This document shows positions 41,282 to 50,331 of a stretch of DNA of 64,000 bases, one piece after another. A program made the position numbers and the translations under genes. Origin of the DNA: a virus; IMG/VR virus record IMGVR_UViG_3300045107_000413, positions 32,001 to 96,000 of that record; one strand, written 5' to 3'. The first letter of the stretch is position 1. Each line of letters opens with the position of its first letter. Under the pieces are notes generated by a model. The model ran no database searches. It saw nothing but the letters and a program-made list of their open reading frames with translations, and was not told where the DNA came from.

Positions 41282-42292
41282 AGATTGCTGCTTGCGCTGT
41301 GCCAGCCCCCGCTTGAAACGGGCAATTTTCACGGCAAGGGAGGCGTGATCGGGCATCTCCGGTGCGCTGACTTCTTCCTCATTCACTGCGTCTAGCACAG
41401 AGAGGTCAACCAGTTCTTCATCCTGTGCCACCTTCAAGTCAGCAGGCAGCGGCCAGTAGGGCGGCTTGATGAGGGCGCTATGCCCTAAATGGGAAAGCAC
41501 ATACGGCTCCGGCGGGGTCTCTTTGTACTCTGCCTCATACCAAACGTAGTGGAGATGCGAAAGAAAAAGTTTGACGGCAAACCGTCTGGCGCGGGCGTGA
41601 ATGTGGGCGGGCGGGAGTTTGCCGGACTCATAGCAGGCGCGCGCCTTTGTATCGGTGCCGTAGCGTTTCTTTTGCAGGGCAAGGGCGGCTTGATCAGCAA
41701 ACAACCCTAACTCATTAGCTTCTATCTCTTGCGCCTTGCGTCTGGCGTAGACATGCCCGTAGATGTCACGGGGTCGGTTTTGTACTTTGCAGAAACTCTC
41801 CCCGGCAAGGAAACAAACGACCTTGAGTTTGGCATTCCAGGGCCGCTTCTGTCCCTTCTCCCACGTCACCGACGGGTTAAAGCCTGCATAGGAGATAATG
41901 TGTCCGGCGTAGGGGGCCTGCGTGATGTCGATATGGGCCAGCAGCCCTGATGCCAGTACGGGGCCGATGCCGGGGAGAGCGCGCAGCCACTCACCTACAG
42001 GGGATTGGGCGCGGCTGTAGGCATCCAGGGCCTTCTGGATGTTTTTTTCCAACCCCTCGGCATTGCCATACATCCACCTGATGAGGTCATGGGGTTCGCC
42101 TGACTCAGCGAGGGCGCGCATCTGGTTGCCGAAACGAATCCGGTAGCCTTGCACGGTATAGTAACTATCGACAAGGTACCGTGCCTCAGCTTGCGTCATC
42201 GTCTCCGCCGCCTTTTTCAAGTCCTTGCTCAGTCGCACAAACGGCTCTAAAGTGGCTTCCGCTAGTTCAAGCGCGGGGTCAGTCGTGGTCAT
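41276..42292 (-). CDS. IS110/Nop-domain RNA-binding protein without a nuclease domain (TasA-like)
   Basis: YYTVQGYRIRFGNQ coiled coil, WLRALPGIGPVLASGLL, SYAGF, HARARRFAVKLFLSHL; no RuvC-like DEDD N-terminus; array abuts the stop codon. Confidence 0.8.
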   Translation of the reverse strand: MTTTDPALELAEATLEPFVRLSKDLKKAAETMTQAEARYLVDSYYTVQGYRIRFGNQMRALAESGEPHDLIRWMYGNAEGLEKNIQKALDAYSRAQSPVGEWLRALPGIGPVLASGLLAHIDITQAPYAGHIISYAGFNPSVTWEKGQKRPWNAKLKVVCFLAGESFCKVQNRPRDIYGHVYARRKAQEIEANELGLFADQAALALQKKRYGTDTKARACYESGKLPPAHIHARARRFAVKLFLSHLHYVWYEAEYKETPPEPYVLSHLGHSALIKPPYWPLPADLKVAQDEELVDLSVLDAVNEEEVSAPEMPDHASLAVKIARFKRGLAQRKQQSE

Positions 42293-42337
42293 AGGTTCCT
42301 TCTCCTTCTTGCAAGAATGATACGTCTTGTTGAGAGG

Positions 42338-42366
42338 AGTATAGCAGGAAGAGGAGCATCGTGCAA
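42338..42366 (-). promoter_or_regulatory. Promoter for the TasA-like gene and array
   Basis: TTGCAC-N17-TATACT with extended TG. Confidence 0.6.
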
Positions 42367-42386
42367 GGGGTGATGAGAGAAAAGTC

Positions 42387-43148
42387 CTATGCAGGCGTTG
42401 GTTGTGCGGAGAGTGAGCAGTAGAAGCGAATCTCCTCAGCAGAGAGCGCGTCTTCCAGCGCCACCTGCTCCCACTCTGGCGGGGCAATGCCGTCTATCTC
42501 ATCGGTGATATTGCCCCCGTGTCTTACGCAGATATAGGCCGATGGGTCACGCACGGCTATCAGCGTCACGTCCCGCTCTAGCAACCCTTGCAAGTAGCGC
42601 GCATCTTCCCCCCTGTTCACCTCCGCAAAACGCAGGCCATCTACCCAGAAATCACGCCAGAACATGAGCGTTCCCGCGCGTACCCCATGCCTGAAGAGGG
42701 CATCATGCACGCGCGCGGAGGGCTGCCAGAGCGTCATATTACGGGTTCTGAGCAACCTGTCCATGTGCAGGGCGCTCACTTCCCCTTCCTGACTGAGCAG
42801 GGGCGCAACTTGCACAGAGAGGCGGTGCGGTCTATAGACATCATCATCGTCCCAGAGGGCAATGATATCCCCGTGTGCTAGCCCGCAGGCCATGTTACGT
42901 TTTGCGCCGAGGGTAAGGCCGGAAAGATCGCCGGAGAGCAGGCAATAGAAGATGTTGGGTTCGACGGTCATGCTCATCATGGTAAGCGGGCCGAAGCCTG
43001 CATGTTCGTCAATGATGATGAGTTCTTTCGCGGGATAGTCCTGCTTTTTGAAAAGTTCAATAGCATGCGCAACAAAACGATGTCTGTTTTTCGTTGGCAT
43101 AATGCAGCTAATACGAGGATATTCCACCACATCCACCTCTTCCACCAC
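42387..43148 (-). CDS. Glycosyltransferase family 2
   Basis: ISCIMPT..R, QDYP..ELIIID, LGAKRN, WDDDD, GED. Confidence 0.88.
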   Translation of the reverse strand: MVEEVDVVEYPRISCIMPTKNRHRFVAHAIELFKKQDYPAKELIIIDEHAGFGPLTMMSMTVEPNIFYCLLSGDLSGLTLGAKRNMACGLAHGDIIALWDDDDVYRPHRLSVQVAPLLSQEGEVSALHMDRLLRTRNMTLWQPSARVHDALFRHGVRAGTLMFWRDFWVDGLRFAEVNRGEDARYLQGLLERDVTLIAVRDPSAYICVRHGGNITDEIDGIAPPEWEQVALEDALSAEEIRFYCSLSAQPTPA

Positions 43149-43283
43149 GTTTTAAGGCTATGATAGCACAGCCAATGACAAACAGGCAAAGTGTCCATTC
43201 AGGCTATGCATTGGATTCTTTGCCTGTTCCCTCGTTTCTATAGGCAGGGAACAGTCCCGAATAGTTCTATGAAGGAGAAAGAG

Positions 43284-43940
43284 ATGACTACGCAACCCGC
43301 ACAAGCACGCCTTGCCCCTGATACTCGTCCGAAGGAGCCAGTACTGGTACAGGACATCACCGGCTCCTATGATGACCCTGCCTCACCTGTCGCAGGCTCC
43401 CCTTCCAAACGCTATCTTGCCACCAGCATTGCCCGTATCCTCGTTTCAGAACTCTCTGAGCAGGACGCTGCTGCTGCCGATGAGAGTGCAGAGAGCGGCA
43501 AGGGAGGACTCCTGACCTACTGGTTTGCCAACGGCACCGCCGATGAGTTAGGCGACCTCACGCCTGCAAACTTCAGCCAGAAGTGGGATGAACTGGATTG
43601 GGGCGGGCCAACCTACATCATGCCCGCTCTTCAGAAAATGGAGGCCAGTTATCACGAGGAGTTTGACCGCCTGCCAGAGTCTATCCGCCCGATTCTCATG
43701 GCCGTCATCAATACTGACGGCGCGCTCGCTGACCTCAATGCTGCCACCCGCTATCTTCAAGCGGCGTCCGGCTGGCTCTACTGCTATGTCGTAGTGCTTG
43801 GCTACGGCCCAGAGCATGACCGCGCCCTTGCCGCATGGCAGCAGATAGCCGCCAGTAATCCCCATGTGCGCGTGGAATCCGTCAATGCTTCTACCGATGC
43901 CCACGCTATCGCACAACGTATCCTGGCAATGGTACAATAA
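43284..43940 (+). CDS. vWA-like domain protein
   Basis: DITGS MIDAS-like start, GGPTYIMPAL, INTDG. Confidence 0.65.
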   Translation: MTTQPAQARLAPDTRPKEPVLVQDITGSYDDPASPVAGSPSKRYLATSIARILVSELSEQDAAAADESAESGKGGLLTYWFANGTADELGDLTPANFSQKWDELDWGGPTYIMPALQKMEASYHEEFDRLPESIRPILMAVINTDGALADLNAATRYLQAASGWLYCYVVVLGYGPEHDRALAAWQQIAASNPHVRVESVNASTDAHAIAQRILAMVQ

Positions 43941-43959
43941 GCAAGCGCAGACACACAAC

Positions 43960-43990
43960 GGGATGTGTTGACAAACTGTCAACACATCCC
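43960..43990. terminator. 14-bp perfect hairpin between convergent genes
   Basis: gggatgtgttgaca-aac-tgtcaacacatccc. Confidence 0.7.
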
Positions 43991-44016
43991 TCTTGAGGCC
44001 GCCTGTAGAGCCAATG

Positions 44017-44661
44017 CTATCGCTTGCGCACACTCACCTGCATATCTCCCCACGTCAACTCAACATCCTGCTTCACCCCCTCTAGCAAGGAGTCTCCCAC
44101 CACACGGCAAGCGAGCGCCGCCAGCACCTGCGCAAATGGCCTCGTCAACGGATACTCACACGGCCCCTCTATGCCGTCTTGCGGTATCAGGTAATCTGGC
44201 TCCCACAACCCAGAGCCATACAGCCCGTCAGCACTGAAACCCACATGCAGACAGGGGATATCATAGCACAACGCGCTTGCAGAAACCGCCTTGCGTCCTG
44301 CACGGTTATCCAGCGCGTCAATAATGAGAGCAGCACTCACTAAATGCCCGCCTGCGCTGTTCTCATCCAGCAGCACAGCAACGGGCGTGATTTTTGCAGC
44401 AACGGCGCGATAGAGCGCATTTGCCAGCGCCTTGACCTTCCATGCGCCGATATCCGCGCGGACATAGGGCTGGCAGGACAGGTTGCGCTCCTCTACCCGC
44501 CCGTTGTCAATCAAGGTCAGGCGGGCATAGCCCATGCGGGCAAGGTTTTCTGCAATCGGGCCACCGAGGGAGCCAACGCCGCAAATGGTGATGGGCATGT
44601 CACGCACCTGCGCGAGACTCCGGTATTGTTCTTCATGGTAGAAGGGGCTTTGCATGTTCAT
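44017..44661 (-). CDS. ThiF/MoeB/E1-like adenylyltransferase
   Basis: ICGVGSLGG..AENLARMG...LID..RVEERNL..Q; DALDN; C-terminal PCEYP. Confidence 0.88.
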   Translation of the reverse strand: MNMQSPFYHEEQYRSLAQVRDMPITICGVGSLGGPIAENLARMGYARLTLIDNGRVEERNLSCQPYVRADIGAWKVKALANALYRAVAAKITPVAVLLDENSAGGHLVSAALIIDALDNRAGRKAVSASALCYDIPCLHVGFSADGLYGSGLWEPDYLIPQDGIEGPCEYPLTRPFAQVLAALACRVVGDSLLEGVKQDVELTWGDMQVSVRKR

Positions 44662-44945
44662 GTGATATTCTCCTTGTACCAGTCTGGTCTAGGAAACCTA
44701 CCGCTAAAGGTGATTTGCTCCTCTGCTGTGCAGGTAATGTCCGTAGCATCATCCCAATAGCGTTCTAGCGGTTCCCCTTCAGGCAAGTAGGCCACAATGA
44801 TAGCAAAACGGTCATCCCCTGCGGTACCCGTATGCCACCAGGGATAGGCAGGGTTGAAGACGAGCGGGCGTACATCCTCAACTGATGCCGTCTGAAAGCG
44901 GTACCGCCGCCACTGTGTACTAGTCATCGTCCTCATCTCCTTCAT
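44658..44945 (-). CDS. Hypothetical protein
   Basis: Overlapping co-oriented ORF. Confidence 0.55.
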   Translation of the reverse strand: MKEMRTMTSTQWRRYRFQTASVEDVRPLVFNPAYPWWHTGTAGDDRFAIIVAYLPEGEPLERYWDDATDITCTAEEQITFSGRFPRPDWYKENIT

Positions 44946-45840
44946 ACTGTTGCCAGCCAGGGCGGTGTTCCATCACGCTCACTAAACTGGTTAAGTCGAA
45001 TTTCCTATCCTCACCAGAGAGGCATATCCCTGATGAGATCACGGTCATATCCCGTGCGACGGTAGAGCGGTAACGGTGCGTCTCACTGCCATCGCTCCAC
45101 TCAACCACCAGATAGCCCGCCTGTCCCTGTGTGGCTTCCATCTCCCGGAAACTGATGAGTCGCCCGCCCGCCTTTGCGAGCGCATGCCGGAGCATCTCCT
45201 CTACCGCCCGCCCGCGCTGCCTCGCTTGCACTCGTGCCACATCTACCTGATGGAGTTGGTCCAGTACCAGCACGCGCCGCTCAGAACTGGACAGGCCCGT
45301 AAGGGAGACGCCCGCCTGTGCCTCCCGCAGCCGCTCGCCGTGTTCCGGGTCAGCGCGCATATCCGGGCCATCGTACCAGCACGTCGCGCCATCAACGCGC
45401 ACAATGACGCGCTCGTATCGCTCTGCCCCGTCTGATGGGTCACAGAGGTAGACGGGGAAGGGGTCATCGGGCATCTGGAAGCGCGTCATTGCATCAGAGG
45501 CATTGTAGGGGAGGGCGTACCAGGCACCGGCGCGCTTGCGGCGCTCATCAGGCCAGAGCAAGAGGGCGCGAAGCGCAGGGAACTGCTCTAAGTATTCGGC
45601 CCGTTGCCAGGGGAGTGCCTCTGCTACCAGCATTACGCTCCGGCTATCACGCGGGCGGAAGCACCCCCAACCCACAAAGGGGCGTTCAGGGATGAACTCA
45701 TAGACCATGCCGCCGTCTATGCGCGTCCTTACCTTGCCATGAGGAAGCAGGGGCGCGATGATGGAACGGGCAAGCAGGGAACGCTCGGACTCGGCCATCT
45801 GGGTGATGAGACGTAGGGCATCATGATAACGTTTGGGCAT
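44920..45840 (-). CDS. Hypothetical protein of the TROVE-ThiF unit
   Basis: 306-aa ORF; C-terminal SSGICLSGEDRKFDLTSLV with one Cys. Confidence 0.7.
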   Translation of the reverse strand: MPKRYHDALRLITQMAESERSLLARSIIAPLLPHGKVRTRIDGGMVYEFIPERPFVGWGCFRPRDSRSVMLVAEALPWQRAEYLEQFPALRALLLWPDERRKRAGAWYALPYNASDAMTRFQMPDDPFPVYLCDPSDGAERYERVIVRVDGATCWYDGPDMRADPEHGERLREAQAGVSLTGLSSSERRVLVLDQLHQVDVARVQARQRGRAVEEMLRHALAKAGGRLISFREMEATQGQAGYLVVEWSDGSETHRYRSTVARDMTVISSGICLSGEDRKFDLTSLVSVMEHRPGWQQYEGDEDDD

Positions 45841-46141
45841 CTTTTTTCTTTGTTCGCTGCTCTATTTCTTCCGCAAGGGCAGAAGAGACAGGGAGTTGAT
45901 AGAACTTGAGGGCAAGAAGCGCCTTATCAACGGCTCCATAATCAAAACCATGCTCACTGACAAAGAGGGTTGTTATAGCATCAAGGGCTTGATGGAGTTG
46001 CATGACATCATACTCCAAACAACGGGCATAAGTACGCAGGGAACTTACCTTCTGTTCCGTTTGGCTCATACTCTCAGCATACTGACTGAAAAGCCGATCA
46101 CTGTCAAATCCTCGTGTCGTCATCTGCTCCTCCCTGTTCAC
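45821..46141 (-). CDS. Hypothetical protein
   Basis: Co-oriented ORF. Confidence 0.5.
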   Translation of the reverse strand: MNREEQMTTRGFDSDRLFSQYAESMSQTEQKVSSLRTYARCLEYDVMQLHQALDAITTLFVSEHGFDYGAVDKALLALKFYQLPVSSALAEEIEQRTKKKDAQTLS

Positions 46142-46157
46142 GCATCACGTCGCCTGC

Positions 46158-46481
46158 TCAAGACGCTCCTCCACTTTCCGGCAAGGGTGCTTCGAGTTGT
46201 TGTATCCTTTTCTGTATTTTCTCCATGTCAGGCCAGCACTCCATATCTGATATTTCATCAAGACGGCGTTGGATAATGACAGGAGAAGCAAAAGGCGAAG
46301 CAGAACTCAGGACATGGAATGCGAAATCATAGGCGCGGCAGGCAATGAGGTGTTGCACGCCCTGAAAATACTCCTCATAACTGGCAATCCAGGTATTTTC
46401 TCGGTAATGATTCCATGCTTCATCGAGTTCCTGAATGAGCAACGTTGCAAAGCCTGCAAAGTGGCTGTCACGCTCACTCAT
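46158..46481 (-). CDS. Hypothetical protein, paralog of 20074-20382
   Basis: MSERDSHFAGFATLLI. Confidence 0.65.
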   Translation of the reverse strand: MSERDSHFAGFATLLIQELDEAWNHYRENTWIASYEEYFQGVQHLIACRAYDFAFHVLSSASPFASPVIIQRRLDEISDMECWPDMEKIQKRIQQLEAPLPESGGAS

Positions 46482-47947
46482 GCCCTCACCTGCTCTTTCT
46501 GGTCAGGACGCACTGGAAGGGGTGTCGCCATGATGGTATCGATGAGTTCTTGCCGTGAAGGAGCAGCGAGGAGTGCAAGCAGAGACGGGTACGAATAATA
46601 GTCGCTCTTCTCAACGGGAAAGGTACTAAACTCGATGCCTGCCTTGCGCAAGCCGTCCTCAAACTCCCTATTCGGTGTTCTCGTTGCCACAATACATACT
46701 GCTGGTCGGATATGCAATGCCTCGCTATACTCCCGGTAGGCATCGACAAAGCGCGGGGCGGTGACTTCTTCCTCATCCGTCACAATCACAATCTGCTCTA
46801 CCAGTACCCCGTCTTTGCGCATCTTGACCAGGGGCGCGCCAATGGCAGTAGAGCCGTTAGCCTTGATGTAGCGAAATGCCTGCTCCCAATCAGAAAGCAG
46901 TGGGCGGCGTCCCTCTGGCACTGTCACCGTGATGGGGAACGCCTCACTGTCAAAGGCGTAGACGAAGAGGCCGTGCGTAGCGACTGCTGAGACCAGGGCG
47001 GCAATCTGCTTTGCCACCTCAATGGCCGCGCTCATGGAACTGCTCTTATCGGCAAAGATGGCCGTCGGGCGCGTAATCTCTGTCTTCTCAGCGATACGAG
47101 CATCTGTCACTTCCAAGAGCTTTGCTTCCGTCTCTGCGTCCAGTGCGACCTTCTCCGCCGCTTTCTTTGTCTTGAGGGTCGAGACCCGCCTGTCCTTCTT
47201 TGCCCCCTCAAGCTTGCCGTCAATAAGCTTTTTCAGGTCGGGGTGATCGAGCGCGCCGCGCCGCTTCAGCATGCCCATGCTATTGATGACCTCCTGCGGG
47301 GTCATGGCCTCCACCAGTGCTACCAGCAGCGCAGGGGTGACAGACTTCACGGCGGCAATGGCGGTAGGATAGGGGATGCTATGCGCAAGGATGAGGCGCG
47401 CCTGCTCGGTGCTGTCCTCCGTCTTTGCAAGCTTCTTGAGGGCTGCCTGTGGGCTTCCCTCCGGCGGTAGCCCATCAAAGAGGATGGCCTGGGCGCGGGG
47501 GCTTGGGTGAATGTGCAGGGAGGCATAGAGGTGCTTCATCGCAGCACGGGCGCGCAACACCGCCCCGTCGAACTGCTTCTCGTTCTGCTCACGGGTTGAG
47601 AGATAATGAGCAATGGCCGTGCGCAGGGAACGCGGGACTTTCTTGCACTCTTTCGTGGCATGATCTAACACGCGGGCGACCTCATAGGGGGCAAGCGATT
47701 GCAAGAGCATCCAGGCCGCGCCGCGAAACTCTGGATACTCAGAGGTGGCAAGGTGCGCCACAAAGAGGACTTTGTGGTCGCGCACTTCCCCACGCGCAAA
47801 GTACCAGGGGGCGAGGTGCGCATAAAAGAGCGGGTCACGGGCAAGGGCGTCGGTGTGCAGGGGTGCCAACTCTGCCAACTTGCGGTGCGGCGTCGTGAGA
47901 AAACTGTTGAGGATGCCGAGACGCACATCCGTTTCAGTCTGTTCCAT
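46478..47947 (-). CDS. Divergent TROVE/Ro60-like protein with C-terminal vWA domain
   Basis: Helical N-terminus (DPLFYAHLA, VRD, LYASLHIHP, MTPQEVINSMGML) then DKSSSM, GSTAIG, IVTDEE; adjacent Y-RNA-like RNAs. Confidence 0.78.
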   Translation of the reverse strand: MEQTETDVRLGILNSFLTTPHRKLAELAPLHTDALARDPLFYAHLAPWYFARGEVRDHKVLFVAHLATSEYPEFRGAAWMLLQSLAPYEVARVLDHATKECKKVPRSLRTAIAHYLSTREQNEKQFDGAVLRARAAMKHLYASLHIHPSPRAQAILFDGLPPEGSPQAALKKLAKTEDSTEQARLILAHSIPYPTAIAAVKSVTPALLVALVEAMTPQEVINSMGMLKRRGALDHPDLKKLIDGKLEGAKKDRRVSTLKTKKAAEKVALDAETEAKLLEVTDARIAEKTEITRPTAIFADKSSSMSAAIEVAKQIAALVSAVATHGLFVYAFDSEAFPITVTVPEGRRPLLSDWEQAFRYIKANGSTAIGAPLVKMRKDGVLVEQIVIVTDEEEVTAPRFVDAYREYSEALHIRPAVCIVATRTPNREFEDGLRKAGIEFSTFPVEKSDYYSYPSLLALLAAPSRQELIDTIMATPLPVRPDQKEQVRA

Positions 47948-48290
47948 CGGGTTTCTCCTTCTTCTTGTTTCGTATCACCTTCACAATGGTGACAATGGCC
48001 TCAATTACGTCTTTCGGCATGTCCAATTCTTCTAAACACAGATAGAGCCATGCCCATTGTTCTGCCTCGGTAGGGATGCCTTCGGGGTTATGGAGAAACA
48101 GGTTCGCATCTATCCTGAGCCACTCTACCAGTTTCGTAAAACTCTCAATATCAGGGAGTTTGCCACTGGCAATACGGCTCATGGTTGCCACACTCACCCC
48201 CGCCTCTTTTGCCGCTTCATGGATGGAGAGGCCGTTTTTTGTGAGATGAGATTGCAGGGTCGCACTGAAGAGGGTACGGTCAAAACTCAT
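47934..48290 (-). CDS. XRE-family HTH regulator
   Basis: LSIHEAAKEAGVSVATMSRIASGKLPDIE. Confidence 0.85.
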   Translation of the reverse strand: MSFDRTLFSATLQSHLTKNGLSIHEAAKEAGVSVATMSRIASGKLPDIESFTKLVEWLRIDANLFLHNPEGIPTEAEQWAWLYLCLEELDMPKDVIEAIVTIVKVIRNKKKEKPDGTD

Positions 48291-48305
48291 CCCTGATCTC
48301 CTTCT

Positions 48306-48737
48306 CTACAAAAAGATGGCATTTCCTTCCTGATGATGCACGAAATTTTCTTCAAGCATCTGTTTCCACTGCTCTGCCGTCGCACCATAACTCCCAAACG
48401 TGGTAGCATGCTCAGCACACCACGCACATAACTCATCGAGACTGGCAAAGACAGGGGATTGTGGGGAGCCTTCCGTCGTGGTTTCCCATAATTGATAGCC
48501 TTCCCCTTCTGGCGGCTCTAAACAGGTGTAGTTGACATACTCATTGCCATACCCATAGTTCACGGTAGGGAACTTGAGGAGTCTACCAAAATGCAGTTCC
48601 AGCCCGTGCCGTTCCTCATAACTCATCTCAGGGAAGTATTGCTCAAGCAGGCTTTCAAAGGATATCATGTACCCCGGCCATATCTTATCAAGCGGCCAGT
48701 CAAAGTCTAATGGAACACGTTTTAAGACTCGACCCAT
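48306..48737 (-). CDS. Phage hypothetical protein
   Basis: MGRVLKRVPLDF...GYQLWETTTEGSPQSPVF. Confidence 0.65.
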   Translation of the reverse strand: MGRVLKRVPLDFDWPLDKIWPGYMISFESLLEQYFPEMSYEERHGLELHFGRLLKFPTVNYGYGNEYVNYTCLEPPEGEGYQLWETTTEGSPQSPVFASLDELCAWCAEHATTFGSYGATAEQWKQMLEENFVHHQEGNAIFL

Positions 48738-48769
48738 GATCTTCTCTCCTTCTCTTCAGTACAAAATTA

Positions 48770-49363
48770 TCACCGTGACCGTATATGCATGACGCGCTTC
48801 TCCCAGAGTGCAGGCAACCGCTCAAGCACAGCCTGATTGGCCTGCCGCACCGCCTCTGTAAGATGGACGGCGCGTTTCTGGTAGTGGGGTGAGGCCAGCC
48901 AGTCCGGGTACTCCGTGCTTCCCCTGTCCTTATTGCATTTGCGACACGCTGTGAGCAAATTCTCAGGGATAGTTGGCCCGCCGCGTTCCCAGAGGAGAAT
49001 GTGGTCAACGGAGAGCGGAACGCCGTCACGCCCACAGTAGCGGCAGGTGTAGTTATCTCGCTTGAAGACGGCCCACTGCATATGCATATCAATCTGGCGC
49101 TGGCTCTTGCGCAGGATAGCCTTGCTGAGCGTGCCAGAGGCGTCCGTGAGCAGGATTTCTGTTTCCAGCAGGTCAGTTTGCCGTAAGAAGACTTCCCACT
49201 CAGCAAGGGTCATGGGAAGCAGGCGCATTTGCGCGATGCCCTCTTCTTTGTCAGGCAGCAGCGTGAGCAGGCAGTCATCAGCACTGGCCCACAGCGCGCC
49301 TGCAATCTGGTAGCGCGTGCCGATGTCGTAGAGGTTGATGTCTGTCAATGTAGTTGTGTCCAT
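48770..49363 (-). CDS. HNH endonuclease
   Basis: RDNYTCRYCG...VDHI....GG....NLLTACRKCNKDRG. Confidence 0.88.
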   Translation of the reverse strand: MDTTTLTDINLYDIGTRYQIAGALWASADDCLLTLLPDKEEGIAQMRLLPMTLAEWEVFLRQTDLLETEILLTDASGTLSKAILRKSQRQIDMHMQWAVFKRDNYTCRYCGRDGVPLSVDHILLWERGGPTIPENLLTACRKCNKDRGSTEYPDWLASPHYQKRAVHLTEAVRQANQAVLERLPALWEKRVMHIRSR

Positions 49364-49397
49364 GTGTCTCCTTCTCTCAAAAATGGGTACAACAAAT

Positions 49398-49559
49398 CCG
49401 GGGCGTACAAGTTGCGTGAGCAGTCAAACAACGGTGCGTCTACCAGTTTCGCCACATGTTCACAGGAACATGAGAGGACTCGAACCCCTACACCCTATCA
49501 GGTACCTGCTTTTAAGAGCAGGAATGTATGTATGCTCATGCCGTCGGGGTACGCCCCGG
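49398..49559 (-). ncRNA. Y-RNA-like RNA 4, permuted tRNA-Leu-like module
   Basis: 11-bp terminal stem; CUUAAAA loop, long variable arm, T arm, closed acceptor, D arm GGCGAAACUGGUAGACGC. Confidence 0.8.
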
Positions 49560-49570
49560 CATAAAATAGC

Positions 49571-49716
49571 CTGGGACGCGCAAGTTGAGCGGGCCGATAA
49601 CACGCCTTTACCATTTGGCTATCCGGGCAAGGAAAGAAAGCCCGGACTAGGAATCGAACCTAGATACTGCGAGAAGCAGATTGTTTGTATGCCTGCCCTG
49701 TTATGGCGCGTCCCAG
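49571..49716 (-). ncRNA. Y-RNA-like RNA 3, permuted tRNA module
   Basis: CUGGGACGCGC terminal stem, CAUAAC/AACUU, T arm CUAGG-UUCGAUU-CCUAG, closed acceptor, D arm. Confidence 0.8.
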
Positions 49717-49731
49717 AAAGATGAGACCGGT

Positions 49732-49872
49732 CTATTCCGTCTGAGTTGAGCGAGCCGTGTTTCCGGTTTCCCGGCAACGATGGGACTTGAACCCATTACA
49801 CTAACCTTAAGAGGGTTATGCTCTACCAGATGAGCTACGTTTGTAGGCTTGCTCTGTTATGAGACGGAACAG
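49732..49872 (-). ncRNA. Y-RNA-like RNA 2, unpermuted tRNA-Lys(CUU)-like module
   Basis: Same scaffold; D arm, UAACC-CUCUUAA-GGUUA and T arm in normal order. Confidence 0.78.
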
Positions 49873-49910
49873 GCAAAGAATAAGAGCAAAGAAAAAGAAT
49901 AGTATGTGTA

Positions 49911-50055
49911 TGAGCCGCGCAAGTTGTGTGGACTGTGAACCGTAGGCGCTCTACCACTGAGCCAATCCCCCTCGTGGGGGATGATGGATTCGAACCACCG
50001 ACTTCCTGCTCCAAAAGCAAGGGTTTGTACGTCTACACCGTTATGGCGCGGCTCA
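49911..50055 (-). ncRNA. Y-RNA-like RNA 1, permuted tRNA module with a UUG anticodon-like loop
   Basis: GAGCCGCGC terminal stem, CAUAAC/AACUU, T arm, AUCCCCC-ACGA-GGGGGAU, D arm GCUCAGUGGUAGAGC. Confidence 0.8.
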
Positions 50056-50066
50056 ATATGTGTTAT

Positions 50067-50279
50067 TTACCCATACACCGCTTCAGGGCGCACGATGATA
50101 GCCGTCTGCTCGCGCACCACGACGTGCGCGGCTAGCTTGTCGGCAGGCATATCCAGGTATGCTGCCGCCGCCTGCTTCAGTCGGGCGTCGGAGGCGGCTA
50201 CCGGAATATCCAGCAGGCCGTAATCGCTGATCTCATGACTGCGCCCGTCTACCCGCACGTGAACCATCTGTGTTGCCAT
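50067..50279 (-). CDS. Small ubiquitin-like (beta-grasp) candidate ending in Gly
   Basis: 70 aa, VHVRVDGRSHEI...IIVRPEAVYG*; AAGGAG RBS; same unit as the ThiF/E1 gene. Confidence 0.65.
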   Translation of the reverse strand: MATQMVHVRVDGRSHEISDYGLLDIPVAASDARLKQAAAAYLDMPADKLAAHVVVREQTAIIVRPEAVYG

Positions 50280-50331
50280 CGTCGCGCTCCTTCCACTATC
50301 TTCCCGTGTTGTGAACAATCTTCTATGGAGA

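Noticed and set aside
41276-42487. Active IS110 insertion sequence
   Set aside because: No N-terminal RuvC-like DEDD domain; the RBS supports a start at 42292; the adjacent array fits a Tas-like role better
49398-50055. Ordinary tRNA gene cluster or decayed pseudo-tRNAs
   Set aside because: Arms are permuted, acceptors are loop-closed or incomplete, no CCA end, and all sit in a shared pairing scaffold
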